This document shows positions 1 through 13,560 of a stretch of DNA of 64,000 bases, piece by piece. How positions within the stretch are numbered: position 1 is the first letter of the stretch; each line of letters opens with the position of its first letter. Source of the DNA: Chiloscyllium plagiosum. Lineage: Eukaryota. A program made the translations under genes and the position numbers. The stretch covers positions 16,387,418-16,451,417 of the forward strand of contig NC_057718.1 of assembly GCF_004010195.1 (NCBI RefSeq), written 5' to 3'. Under the pieces are notes generated by a model. It saw nothing but the letters and a program-made list of their open reading frames with translations, was not told the origin of the DNA and did no database searches.

Positions 1-473
1 CCAACCCTGTCCATTACCCCACCCACCCCCAACCCCTTCCATTTCCGACCCTGCTCCCTGCTTCCCCTCAACCCGCTACTCTAAGGATTTTCTGCAACCA
101 GTGACCACATTTCACTCTGATAGTGAAGGGGCCTTCTCTTTTAAAGCACTTCAGCAGTTTAAGATTGCATTATATTGTGTTTTTTCCACAAATATCTCTT
201 GGATTCTAATACCTCAGCAGTGATAACATGTTATTGCAGATTTAAAATGTCATGGTCAGTAAGCACATAGATAGAATACTAAGCCTGATCATTATGACCA
301 ACATGTAATATGCCTGCTCCATATCGTTAAACTATGAGAGAATAGCTGATCTGTGCTAAATTCTAAAAACAGTCATTGTATGTCCTTCATCCTTATCTGG
401 TTTGATATAATGAATAGCAAACATTCTATCTGATATTTTTCCTTCTAGAGCACACCATACAATTAACAAATTC

Positions 474-968
474 TGCAGATGTGGCAGATGGAGTTTAATC
501 TTGATAAATTTAAGGTGCTACATTTTGGTAGGGCAAATCAGGGCAGGACTTATAACAGGAAGGTCCTGGGAAGTGTTGTTGAGCGAAGGGACTTTGGAGT
601 ATAGGTTTACAGTTTCTTGAAAGTGGAGTCGCAGGTAGACAGGGTAGTGAAGAAGGCATTTAGTACACTTGCCTTTATAGGTCAGTGCATTGGGTATTGG
701 AGTTGGGTGGTCATTTTGCAGCTTTACAGGACATTGGTTAGGCCCCTTTTGCAATACTGTTTTCAATTCTGGTCTCCACGCTATTGGAAAGATGTTGTTA
801 AGCTTGAAAGAGTTCAGAAAAGATTTATAAGAATGTTGCCATGGTTGGAGGGTTTCAGCTATACGGAGGGGCTGATGCTATTTCCTTTGGAGTATCAGAG
901 GCTGAGGGGTGACCTTATAGAGGTTTATAAAATCACGAAGGGCATGTATAGGGTGAATAGTCAAGGTA
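474..968 (+). mobile_element. CR1 LINE ORF2 3' fragment
   Basis: WQMEFN and LYRTLVRPLLQYCFQFWSP...LERVQKRF...LRGDLIEVYKI motifs. Confidence 0.9.
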
Positions 969-2154
969 TAATACCAATTATCTATTGGCATTTATCCTGT
1001 AATATTTTTGTTCTTTTGACCCTCCTCACCTCAATTACATGACCATTCACAACTTTAAAATTTACATTGAGTTCTTGAATTGTAGTTGCTATGGCATTTG
1101 CCTGTGAAAATCACTCTTGTATTTCCTAAGTCTTTCAAATTGCATCGGCATTCATATTTAGCTTTAAGCTCCAATTGTTAGAAGCAAATATTTTCAATAG
1201 CTTAATGCTCAAGTAAGTAACTTTAGGGAATACAATTGTGGTCTTTGGTTGTTGTGAAGTGGATTTATTGACCAATGCCGTGAAGCTATTACTAAAGCAT
1301 ACAGGTTGCCGTTATAGGACAATGCATTACAATGTGAAGTGTGCGTGTTTGATGTTCATCAGTTCTGTATTTAGATGTCAGCGAGACCAATGTGATTGGT
1401 GTGGTACTTCACATGGTAGAGGTTGAGGCTTTGCAAATGGCACAAAAAAGCTACAAACTTCATTCTCAGTTTGAAATGCTTTAGATATCCCTTCATTTAG
1501 TTAGCTCTTCTGCAGCTTTCAGACAATGTAGACTGTTGGATGATTTAATAGATGTATAATCATGTTTGATTCATTTTGTAAAATAATTCGTTATGTAATC
1601 AATTAAATTAATTGGAGATGTTGGGAAGCCCAATTGTCATGCTTAAGTAATGAAAAGACTGCCTCTTTATTTTTCTGTATTTTTAGTTATGGACTAAATA
1701 ACAGAAGGATTGTTTTGAAACTAAGGATTACCGGAGGAATGCTGCATGTTTTGTAGACTAGCTGGAGCTGAAGTATTTAGCAGAAACAGAGCTTTGAATG
1801 GTAATGAGAATCTGATTGGTCTGTGGATTAGTGACCAGTTATTGACAGCAAAGTTTTTCTGGCTGTCATCAACTATGTGTTTGATTCTCAGGTAACTGAG
1901 CAGCTTGGAACTGTGATCAAAATGGAGGGAACCATTCAAAACTCCTCTAGCTCAGAAGTTCTCTTGGGTTCTCTGCAATAAAAGTTAACTTAAGTGTGAA
2001 GAAAACTTGTATCTTTCCTTCAGATGACTTTTAATTGATAAGTCAGCGAGCTTTTACAAGAGAGCCAAACACCTTGTGCCTTTTGTAAACCAATGGAAAC
2101 AGCCAGATGACAACTGAAAAGCAACATGCTGACCATCATAAGAATCATTTTAAC

Positions 2155-2995
2155 GAAAGTAGACAGCAAAGAAAGTTACCTCAGAGCTGAGGTAGTGGCA
2201 GATGGAGTTTAATTTAGATAAATGCAAGGTACTGCATTTTGGAAAAGCAAATCAGAACAGGACTTATACACTTAATGGTAAGGTTCTAGGGAGTGTTGCT
2301 GAACAAAGAGATCTTGGAGTGCAGGTTCATAGCTCCTTGAAAATAGTCTTGCAGGTAGATAGGATAATGGAGATGGTGTTTGGTATTCTTTTCTTTGCAT
2401 TGAGTATAAGAGTTGGGAGGTCATGTTACGGCTCTACAGAACATCGATTAGGCCACTTTTGGAACATTGCGTGCAGTTCTGGTCTCGGAAGGAAGTTGTG
2501 AAACTTGAAAGGCTTCAGAAAAGAGTTACAAGGATGTTGCCAAGGTTGGAGGATTTGAGATATAGGGAGAGACTGAATAGGCTGGGGCTGTTTTCTCTAG
2601 AGCATCGGAGGCTGAGGGGTGACCTTATAGACGTTTATAAAATTGTGAAGGGCATTGATAGGATAAATAGACAAAGTCTTTTCTCTGGGATGGGGGAGTC
2701 CAGAACTGGAGGGCATAGGTTTAAGGCTAGAGTGGAAAGATATAAAAGTGACCTAAGGGGCAACTTTTTCATGCAGAGGGTGGTGCGTGTGTGGAATGAG
2801 CTGTCAGAGGAAGTGGTGGAGGCTGGTACAATTGCAGCATTTAAAAGGATGGGTATATGAATAGGAAGAGTTTTGAAGGATATAGGTCAAGTGCTGGCAA
2901 ATGGGACTAGACTAGGTTAAGATATCTGGTCGGCATGGATGAATTGGACTGAAGTGTCTGTTTCTTGTGCCGTAAACCTTTATGACTCTATGACT
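2155..2995 (+). mobile_element. CR1 LINE, 5'-truncated, with 3' tail
   Basis: ORFs 2202-2501 and 2423-2860 encode CR1 ORF2 C-terminus; ends in (tatgactc)n tail. Confidence 0.92.
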
Positions 2996-3661
2996 TTGTG
3001 AACACGAATCATTGAGCTGCTGTCCCAATCTTCCCTTTTGTTCATAACACCCCATTTCAGTATCTTTCTTTGTGTGTAAGGGGGAATTTATAAAAGGGAT
3101 TAGAGTGTTAACTGTAGAGTAATGTGCCATTAGTTCTTAATATTTTTCAGTAGCTAGAACGTATTTATTTGAAATAAGAAGTAATTCTTGTTAAGTGCAC
3201 AAGCTGGTTTGTGCTTTCTGTCACTGAGGTACTTGGATAAAATCTTTAAATTTTATGATGACTCCTCGAATAGCAGGGCTTAAAGATGATCACTTAATTA
3301 AAGTTGGACATAATATTAATTGGAGTTCAATATTGGTCTTGTGTAGGCTTGATTGTGTAAAGGGGTCAGAAATATTTACAGAGACTTTTGAAATCTTTTT
3401 AAAACCTCCCAAGCGATCACATAATTTCAGGGTAAATTAGAAGTGCTGTATTGTGATAGATAAGGCAGCATACTTAGATGGAACAGATAGGAAAAGATCC
3501 ATTGGCCTATCCAATCAGTTATTTCATTTGTTCACTTTGGTATGTAAAACCTTACCACACATTTGATGTTCTTTGTCCAGCTGGATTGATTATTAATCCG
3601 AGAATGACTCGACCTCTCGTTACCCGGATAGAAAATTGAGTAATATTAAATGAATAAGGTA

Positions 3662-4407
3662 TGTTATCACATGGGGTAAACCCCTCTCCCCACCCCACCT
3701 TCTAATTTAAACCAGCAACAGAAAATATTTAACCTGTGCTGTAATTGTTAAAATTTGAGGCCAAGAACTATCCCAAAAGTCACTATTTAAAGTAAAAATT
3801 AACAATTTTATTTTTAAAAATCTAACAGAGAATAATTAGCTAACAATTATTTACAACTCAATTTTCTAAACCTATCTTTTACCTTCCCCTCTACAATACT
3901 GGTCCGATAAAATGACCAATTAAGATTTACAGAAAAATTCATATTGCAAAACCAGTCAGCTTGCCGAGTGTCCTCTATATTTTCCTCTGTCATCTTTTCT
4001 TCTTAGGGATCCTGTTTCACAGGTCATTGACAGATAAGGGTATCTTTAAGAGAGCAGATATTTCTGCAAGCAGTCTCTCTCTAGTTGTTGGTGCTTGGCA
4101 GTTCTCTTTGCCGCTCTGGCTAACTGTTCCAAAATGTCTGATATTTATACTCCAAAGCATTGGATCATTTCATTGGTTTTAACTTTGTCAAAATACTGAA
4201 TTCAAACTTGATTGGAGTTTGGTATCTTGGAGCATAATTTAAACTGAATGGCTAAACTTGATTTGTTTTTCTATCCAAGCAACCCAACTAATCTAGCTGT
4301 TTGACCAAATGTTACATTTTAAATTTTCAAGTACTGTGTCCTTCTCTAAGTCTTTGCTAGCTTTTCCACTTTCTTAAAGGTACAGTACCTCTTACACCTT
4401 CATAACA
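3662..4407. mobile_element. Probable solo-LTR-like repeat
   Basis: Begins TGTTAT, ends ATAACA (TG...CA terminal inverted hexamer); non-coding; similar TGTTAT-started stretch at ~16506. Confidence 0.4.
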
Positions 4408-5811
4408 GTACCTATAAAGTACTGTACAGATCTGTTGAGTGAAACAGATAATAAGTCTTTTAAAAAGCACTTTCTTGAAACTGTGCTGTGCCTTTTGCCA
4501 AAATTGGGTTCTGAATTTCCTTTGTTGTGGTATTATAGTCACAGAAAATAGCACAATTTTCCTGTGCATGGTCATTTACATGTAAATTAACATCATAGCA
4601 TGTAAAGTGTGTATGTCCTGAAAGTTTTAAAGTGGGAGTATTCATACTCTTAAGCACTCTTAATTTTTCACTAGCAGGACAAACTTAAGGTATTTTTTTT
4701 CTTGATATTGTGTTATTTTAAACACTTGATTCTCCCTGAAGTGTTCTTGTCATCATCAACCACAAGTCAGCTGTTTGAAAGAGAGATTATGATCAAGAGC
4801 TAAGGGTGTGTGTTTCTTTTCAGACTGGCCTCTAATTTCTGTCTTGGAGGAGATTGAATTCAGGCACAGATTCCTGGGTACAGTAGACAGCAAGCCGACC
4901 AGGAGTGACAGCCTTACTTTATGGAAAGTGATAGCCTAGGCTAATAGTATTCGTTACAGAAATAGAGTCCCTTGAGATATAGGTTAATTTAATTAGGCTA
5001 CAAATAGAAGTTAATGAATATTTTATTGATCCATTGTGATTTGTTTAATATGTTCATAAAATAAAAAAAGGATTATAAAAGGAAAAACTGTTGGCAGCTA
5101 CATAGTGCACCAAGAATGATCCAGCCAAGGTTTGACATGTATTGAGCATGACATCATTACTTTGCCTTGTACATTGCACCCTTGTCTTGTGACTAGTTAT
5201 GGTGATTTGTTTTCAATTTTTTGCAACAAATTATCTTTGTAATATTTATGTTAATTAGTTATATTCACTGTCATTTAATTAATTACTTTACAGCTAACCC
5301 TCATTTAGCACTTCTAATGTGTTCCTAAAAAAATGGTGTGCTAACTGAAAATATTCTAAACACACATCCCTTTCAAATAACCAACAGTGAAACAAGGACA
5401 GGAAGTTTTTGATTTATAGTAGAAAAATTGGGGATACCTGAAGATTCAGAGTGTTAAATGAGCATCTCGACAGATGTATCATTGCCACAGAAGCCCTCAA
5501 CTTTATCCTGCATTCTCAATCTTCTGTCATCTTCCACATACCTCCTCTTTTCAAAAGTGAGAATATAGTCACCTTCTGAAATCCTACCTTGCATATTCAC
5601 CATGCAAACAAGGAGCTCCAGTGGCAGAAGTAACGGTGAACTAGTGCACCTGCTGGACATTGAATGGAAAGCTGGTAGTTCTAAAGGAGGGCAGTGCACA
5701 GACCACAATATAAAATCAGCAAATTGAGACCACACCTCTAATATACCTCATTCTCAGTTTGTCACTTATAGAAAATGCTGCCCTTGTCCAGTGCAGCATT
5801 TGTCAGTTTCA

Positions 5812-6590
5812 TACATAAGAACATAAGAAATAGGAGCAGGAATAGGCTATCTGGCCCTGCAAACTTGCTCCACCATTCAATAAGATCATGGCTGATTTTT
5901 TGATGCCTCAGCCCCACTTAACTGTCCTTACACCATAACTCTTAATTCCTTTACTGTTCAAAAAATTAGCTATCTAGTTTTAAAAACGTTCAATGAGGAA
6001 ACTTCAACTACTTCACTGGGTATGGAATGCCACAGATTCAAAACTCTGTGGGTGAAGAAGTTTCTTCTTGATTTAGTCCTAAATCTGATACTCCTAATTT
6101 TGAGGTGATGCCCTTTTGTTCTAGTTTCACCTGTCAGTGGAAACATCTTCTCTACTTCTATCTTACCTATTCCCTTCATAATTTTCTATGTTTCTTTAAG
6201 ATCACCCCTCATTCTTCTAAATTCCAATGAATATAATCACAGTCTACTCAGTTTCGCCTCATAAGCTAACCCTCTCAAATCCAGAATCAACACAGTGAGC
6301 CTCCTCTGCACCCCCTCTGGTGCCAGTACATCCTTTCTCAAGTAAGGAGACCAAAACTACATACAATACTCCAGGTGTGGCCTCATTAGCACCCTAGACA
6401 GCTGCAACATAACCTCCCCACTTTTAAATATAATTCCTTTAACAATGAAGGACAAAATTCTATTTGCCTTCTTAATTACCTGTTGCAACTGCAGGCTAAC
6501 CTTGTGTGATTCATGTACAAGGACACTCAGATCCCTCTGCATAGCAGCATGCAGCAGTTTCTTACCATTCAAGTAATAGTTCTTTTTACA
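5812..6590 (-). mobile_element. CR1 LINE 3' fragment
   Basis: ORFs 5970-6179 and 6357-6599 (RNFFTHRVLNLW; RPHLEYC); acataag repeat tail at left end. Confidence 0.9.
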
Positions 6591-6849
6591 AACACACATT
6601 TTAAGGTTAATGAAGTATCATTTGTAAATCTTACAGCACAGAGATGGACAAAGATTGTGGAGACTCACAAGGAAGATTTGTTGTCCTTGCAGTTGCCACG
6701 TGGCATTGTTGGTTGCAACAGGTCCCAGCTGGGAGGCAGTTGGGAGACCACTTGGAGCCTCTGTTTTCAAGGAATAACAGGTGACATCTTTAGAGGCAGT
6801 TGAGGATAGAATGAATTGATATGGTTCAATACAATGTTCTGGCCTCAAT

Positions 6850-8088
6850 TGCTTTCTGTGGTAGTGAATTCCATGAGATCACCACCCTCTGGATGAAGAA
6901 AGTTTTCCTCATCTCAGTCCAATATGGCTTACTCTATATCTTTAGACTGTGACCCCTGCTTCTGGATTATCCAGTCATTGGGGACATTCTTCCTATAATT
7001 AACCTATTTAGGGCTATGAGGATTTTATAGTTTTCTGTGAGAGTCCGTCCCACCTCCCTCTTTAGAACATAGAACATAGAAAAGTACAGCACAGAACAGG
7101 CCCTTTGGCCCACGATGTTGTGCCGAGGTTTAACCTATGCACCCCTCAACTCACTGCTATCCATGTGCAGCAGTTGCTTAAATGTCCCCAATGACTCTGC
7201 TTCCACCAGCACAGCTGGCAACGCACTCCATGTATTCACAACTCTCTGCATAAAGAACCTACCTCTGATGTCTCCTTTCTTCTCAACTCCAGAAAATGTA
7301 ATCTTAACCAATTCAACCCCTCCTCATAAATCAGTCCTGCTATTCCAGAAATCAGTTTAGCATATCTTCACTGCACTCCCTCAACAGTAAGAATATCTTT
7401 CCAGATAAGTAGAACACAAGTGCACACAATATTCCAGGTGTAATTTCACAAAGATCCTGTATAACTGCAGTAAAACATCCCTGCTCCTGTACTCAAACCA
7501 TCTCACTCCGAAGGCCAACATACCATTTGCCTCCTTGATCACCTGCTGCACCTGCACGCTTGCCTTCAGTGACTGCTATGCAAAGACATTCAGGTCTCAT
7601 TGCACAGTCCCCTCTCTCAACTTATAGTCCTTCAGATAATAATCTGCCTTCCTGTTTTGGCTCTTAAATTGGATAACCTCACATTTATCCACATTACACT
7701 GCACTTGCCATGTATTTGCCTACTCACTCAGCTTGGCCAAATTACACTGAAGCATCTCTGCATCGTCCTCACTGTTTGCCCTCCCATCCAGCTTTGTCAC
7801 ATCTGCAAATCTGGAGATATTATATTCAGTTCCCTCACCTCAACCATGAACATATATTGCGAATAGCCAGGGCCCTGCCACTAATCCATGCATTACTCCA
7901 TTAGTGACTGCCCACCATTTGGAAAAAGACCCATTTATGTGTATTGCATTTCCTACCTGCTAACCAGTTTTCAATCCATTTCAATACACCTCAATATCCC
8001 AGTTTCATGTGCTTTAATTTACACACCAATCTCTGATGTGGGACGTTGTCAAAGCCCTTCTGAAAGTCCAAATAAATTACATCCAACC
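6850..8088 (-). mobile_element. Degraded CR1 LINE, with a younger CR1 3'-tail piece at ~7063-7272
   Basis: DVIYLDFQKGFDNVPHQRL RT motif on minus strand; agaacat repeat tail at 7063. Confidence 0.8.
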
Positions 8089-9130
8089 ACTGTAGTTGAA
8101 GGTACTGGATGCTGCAAAGACTATTGGCCCTGACAATATTCCAGCAATAGCACTGAAGACCTATGCTCCAGACTTTGCTGCTCCTCAAGCTAAGCTCTTC
8201 CGGTACAGCTGTAACACTGGCATCTACCAAACAATATGGAAATTTGCGCAGGTATGTACTATACACCAAAAGCAGGACAAACCGATCCATTCAATTACTG
8301 TCCCATCAGCCAACTCTCGATCACCAGTAAAGTGAAGGAAGGTGTCATCAACAGTGCTGTCGAACAGTATCTGTTCATCAATAACCTGCTCACTGATGCT
8401 TAATTGCAGAAGTGAGATGAGAGTAACAGCCTTCAACACCAATGCTGCATATGACCAAGGGTGGCATCAAGGAGCCCTAGCAAATTAGAATCAATGGGTA
8501 TCAAAGAGTGAACTCTCTGCTGTTTGGAGTCATACTTGGCATATAGGAAGATGGCTGTGATTTTTGGAGGTCAGTCATCTCAGCTCTGTGACATCTCTGC
8601 AGAAGCTCTCCAACATAGTTTCTTTTGCCCAAACACCTTCAGCTGCTTCATCAAAGTCCTTCACTCCATTACAAGATCAGAGATGGAAATGTTCAGCAAG
8701 GATTTCATGATGTTCAGCACCAGTGATGACTTCTCAAATAGTGAAGCAATCCATGTTCAAATGCCAATAAGATTTGGACTTGGGTTGACAAGTGTCACAC
8801 AAATGGCAGGCAATGATCATCTCCAATAAGAGACAATACAACCACAACCCTTGACATTCAATGCTATTATCATCACTGAATTCCACACTATCAACATCAT
8901 GAGGGTTGTCATTGACCAGAGACACAACTGGACTTGTTAAACAAATACTAGAGCACGTCAGAGACTAGAAATACTGTGGTGGGTAACTCACCATCTGATT
9001 CTCCAAGGTCTATCAACCAGCTATAAAGCACAAGACAGGAGTGTGATGGAATACTCCACACTTGCCTGAATAGGTGTAGTGCCAACAACAATCAAGAAGG
9101 TTGACAGGAAACAGGGCAAAGCAGCCCTAC
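8089..9130 (+). mobile_element. Degraded LINE RT region of a second CR1/jockey-group family
   Basis: KTIGPDNIPAIALK...KLF...GIYQTIWKFAQV; WLESYL..RKMAV pre-RT/RT motifs with stops and frameshifts. Confidence 0.75.
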
Positions 9131-11291
9131 AATCATTGTATGATTTCAAGAAGAGTTGGATATAGCACCTGGGGCTAAATGAAACAAAGGATGTGAGGGA
9201 AAAATGGGAACATGCTGCTGAGTTGGATGATCAGCCATGATTATAATAAATGGTGAGCAGGTTTGAAGGGTTAAATGGCTAACTCCTCGTATTTTCTGTG
9301 TTTTTATGTCGATCAGTGTTTACATACTTATTATGCAGCTTGATTTCAGATGGCACTTGTAGCGTCTAGGGCCAAATCTTTAGGATCTGGACCTTTCTTT
9401 CATTTATATAACATTGGCTCCTTAGCATCAAAGCTGAATTGAGCACTTCCTTTAGTACAGAGCAGTGCAGAATGTTGTATGACGATCTTTATGACCTTTG
9501 GGGCTTTAACTAGCTTCAGCTGTAGGTTGTCACGAACTGCTTCATCAGAGATTGTGTGAATGATGCCAAGCACTGGAATAATGATAAAAGGCCCCATTGC
9601 TGACTTTATATAATGGAGAAAATTTCATTGATAAAGTAGTCAGAGCTAGTTTGGCTCAACATGTTCCCCTGAAGAACAAATGAAAAATTGTATGGTAATC
9701 CTTTAGATCCTCAATAACTTCACTGTTACTCAAGTTTTTTGGTGCTATTCCAGGTTGTATGCTCCCCTTAAGTCAAAGGCAGCTATTCTTACCTTTTTTT
9801 TAACATAAAACTCTTACATTAGTTTCTAGATCAACTAAAAACTGACTAGCTGAGTAGTTATGGCAGAATTTGAACTGAGCATCAGTGAATAGGTTTTTAT
9901 GAGTAGATTTGTTCCTTGATGGCATTAATCTTTTATGATAATGTAATAAAATGTCTCAAAGCACTTTTGATAATAAGTGGAATCTGACGAGACAAATATA
10001 ATCTGGCCAATTTTGGGGATGTACAGGAAGCACCCTCCTTTCGTCATAACTTGGTAACACACAATGTAGGGCAAGTAATTTTTGCTCTAATCCTTTTTAT
10101 CTGTTAACAGATTGCTTTTTGTATTCAGCATGCAAATAACTAACTGCAGCTTGCAAGGTTTGTGCCTAATTCTGAGTTATGCCTGTGCTTCCTTCTGTAC
10201 GTCATATTGGATCAAAGTTGTCTCCTGACTAGATGATAACTAAAGTGAGGAATTTGCAGCGTTATGAAGCAACAGATTTTTGTAATTATAGAATTCTACT
10301 GTTAGCAGTCATTTGTGGATTCTTGGTTTTGGATTCTAGGTATGTTCTTGGTCTGTCCAACTTAGTATTGTAGCAATATTGTTATAAACTTTGAATATGA
10401 GACTTTGTATTCCCAGAAAGTATATAATACTATAGACGAACATGCTTTTCCAGTTGATGAGCATGATATCCAGTATGCATTTAATTGGGTTGATTTTTTG
10501 CTGTCTGATAGAGGCGAAGTATGATAATCATGTGGTTAAGACTCAGCTATTATGGACAGTGGTAATAATATCTTGCCAAGCTTGTGGTATGTCATGGTCT
10601 TTTGTTCAGAATATATTCTGTACCCTTGCTCCCTCAGAACATCTTCCAAATGATCTTCAAATTTGAATAGTAAGAGCTGAGCAATTAAAGGTAGACAGGG
10701 GCAGTAAGTGGTGATCAGCTAGGGTTAACTTCAGTTGACTTGAAAGCATGAGACATCATGAGGTTTACATTGAAGAATTCCAACACCCACACTCGTTGGT
10801 GCATCATTAGTGTGTATTCCTACTCTGATTGGAGAGGAGAAGAAGTGGAGTGGGCAAGTTCCATTCTCCTTTGATAGTGATGAACTATTTATGTTTTTCC
10901 AGCAGTTTGAAAGGTGTAACAAGTGTTTATGAAGGCAAATGGAGTGTTGTTTATTGCAAGGAAGCCCATAGCATCTGAAAATGTTTGTACATTTTTCTTG
11001 CTGTCAGCCCAGAAATTACCAGGTGTATTGAATTTGTAATTTATTACTTTGGGATTTAAACTCCTGGTGAAGAGATTTGTTTGCCCACTTGTGCTAACTT
11101 GTGCCAATTCCCCAAGGCCAGGCAACGCTGGGGATTATTATCTGCGTAACCTTTGTGGTGTTTCTCAATGATATCAATGGAGATTGCTAGAAGCTATGCA
11201 ATAAAAGGTTTTTCGATAAGCTCCATATTTCTAATCCAGTGCCATAATGTTTAGGATATCCTTGTATTATTCAAAGAACTTGGTACTTTAT

Positions 11292-11487
11292 TTAAGACAA
11301 AAATAAAAATTTCTGGAAAAGCTCAGCAGGTCTGGCAGCATCTGTGGAGAGAAATCAGAGTGAACATTTCGGATCAAGTGACCCTTGCTCAGAATAATTT
11401 CTAATGCTGCCAGTCCTACTGAGTTTTTCCAGCAATTTCGGTTTTTGTCTGATTTACAGCATCCGCAGTTCTTTCGCTTTTTATTTA
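11292..11487. mobile_element. Short PLE-derived fold-back element with degenerate hammerhead
   Basis: Inverted arms; minus strand ctgagca-agggtc-actt-gatcc-gaaa-tgtt; 9-bp TSD gtactttat (11283-11291 / 11488-11496). Confidence 0.65.
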
Positions 11488-11799
11488 GTACTTTATCCGT
11501 AATTGGTGATTTTATTGCAAAAAATAAATAAAAGTAAGTTTACAGCTGCAGCAAAAGAGTTGAACGCTGCTGAGGTTTTAGTATCTGTCATAAACTGCTT
11601 TTACTTTTAGTTTTCTTATTTTTATATAATTTTATTCTATAACATTGTAGATTTCTAATGTATCTATTTGTTACTGTCTATGTAATATGAAGTTTGGATC
11701 TTGATACAAGGAACTTTTCTGAAATTATGCTATGTGCAAGTGACTTCTAAATCCATATTTTAAGAAGTGGGGTAGCTTACACATGTATATGCGTACAAG

Positions 11800-12370
11800 C
11801 CTTGAGCTGGAGTAGGCCATTTGACCCTCTTACCCTGTTTCACCATTCAATAAGATCAAGGCTGATCTGGTTATTGTCTCAATTCCACATTTCTGCTAAC
11901 CTGATAACCTTCGACTTGCTGTTTGTCAAAAATCTAACTATCTCTGCCTTTAAAATATCCAATGATGCTCATCTGCACTATTGTCTCAAGTAGATGGTTC
12001 CAAAGCCTTGTGACCCTCTGAGACAAGAAGATCCTCCTTATTTTCAACTTAAATGGAGGACATCTTATTTTTAAATTATGTCTGCTAGTTCTTGTTGCTC
12101 CCACAAAGAGAAACATCCTTTCAACATTCACCCTGTCGATCACAGGCATCAGTCAAGTGAACCGTGTCTGAATAGTTTCCAGTGCATTTTACATCCTTTA
12201 AAAAGGAGACCAAATCTTTTTGTTGTACTCCAGAAATGGCCTCACAACACTAAGACTATAGCAAAACATCTCTACTTTTATATTCCATCTCTTTTCAATA
12301 AAGGACAATATTCCATTGACTTTCTAATCACTTGCTGGTCCTGCATACTAAGTTCTGGTGATTCTGTACT
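11800..12370 (-). mobile_element. Degraded CR1 LINE 3' fragment
   Basis: ORF 11934-12149 DRVNVERMF...TRTSRHNLKI...RIFLSQRVTRLWN. Confidence 0.8.
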
Positions 12371-13266
12371 TATAACTAGTTTCTATAGCATTAGAACAAA
12401 ACATTAATTCTCTGGAAGTCTCAAAAAATCCAAAGTAAAAGCAGACTGAGTTTTAGCCACCCATAGCTTAATTCATGTTTAACATGAATTCATAAAAGAA
12501 TATCATTCAGCTTGATTTTGCGCCATCATTTGATTAGATTACTGCTAATCTGTGTTTCAATCCTGAAGTTCCATTATTCTGCTACCTTAGTTAGAAATAC
12601 CTTCTGATTTCACTTCTGAATTGTCTGGCTCTATCTTTAAAACTATTCCCCATTCTTGATTTTGCCACCAGAGAAAATGTTCTTTTTTTAGCTACCTTCT
12701 CATTTCCCTTTATCATTTAAACATCTGAATTAAATCTCACTTTTAAAAAATAAAGTAAATTCTATAAAAATTGAAAACTGAGCTTAAGGCAATATTTAAT
12801 TCTCAAATATTGAAGATGCATAAGAACATGAAAAAAGAGTAAAAATAGGCCAGTTAAACCATTGAGCCTGCTCCGCTGTTCAGTTATATCGTACTGATCA
12901 CCTACTGTATATATCTTTGAGCACTATCTCCTAATCACTTGATTCCCTTTATACTCAAAAATCTATCAAGATTTGACTTGAATGTTTTTGATGACAGAGT
13001 ATCTACAGTGCCTAGACAGTTGAAACTCACCATCAATTGGAGACTTGCGATTTAACTTCCTCATGACCTTAGCCCTTGCGCTGTCTAATCGTTAATCCCA
13101 CTAGCCATTATTCTCTGAACCTCTTGCACATTACTACACCATTCTGTTTTTGTTTTATTATACTTCATTAGTACAGTGATAAACTCAACTTTTGAGGTGC
13201 TTTATTCCTTTATTAGATATTTTTACATTACCATATTATGTAAAGCCTCAAAGAGGCAATATGTGA

Positions 13267-13560
<294 letters not shown>

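Noticed and set aside
1..80. C-rich tract, possible G-quadruplex on minus strand
   Set aside because: Truncated at the window edge and probably low-complexity repeat sequence; no further support
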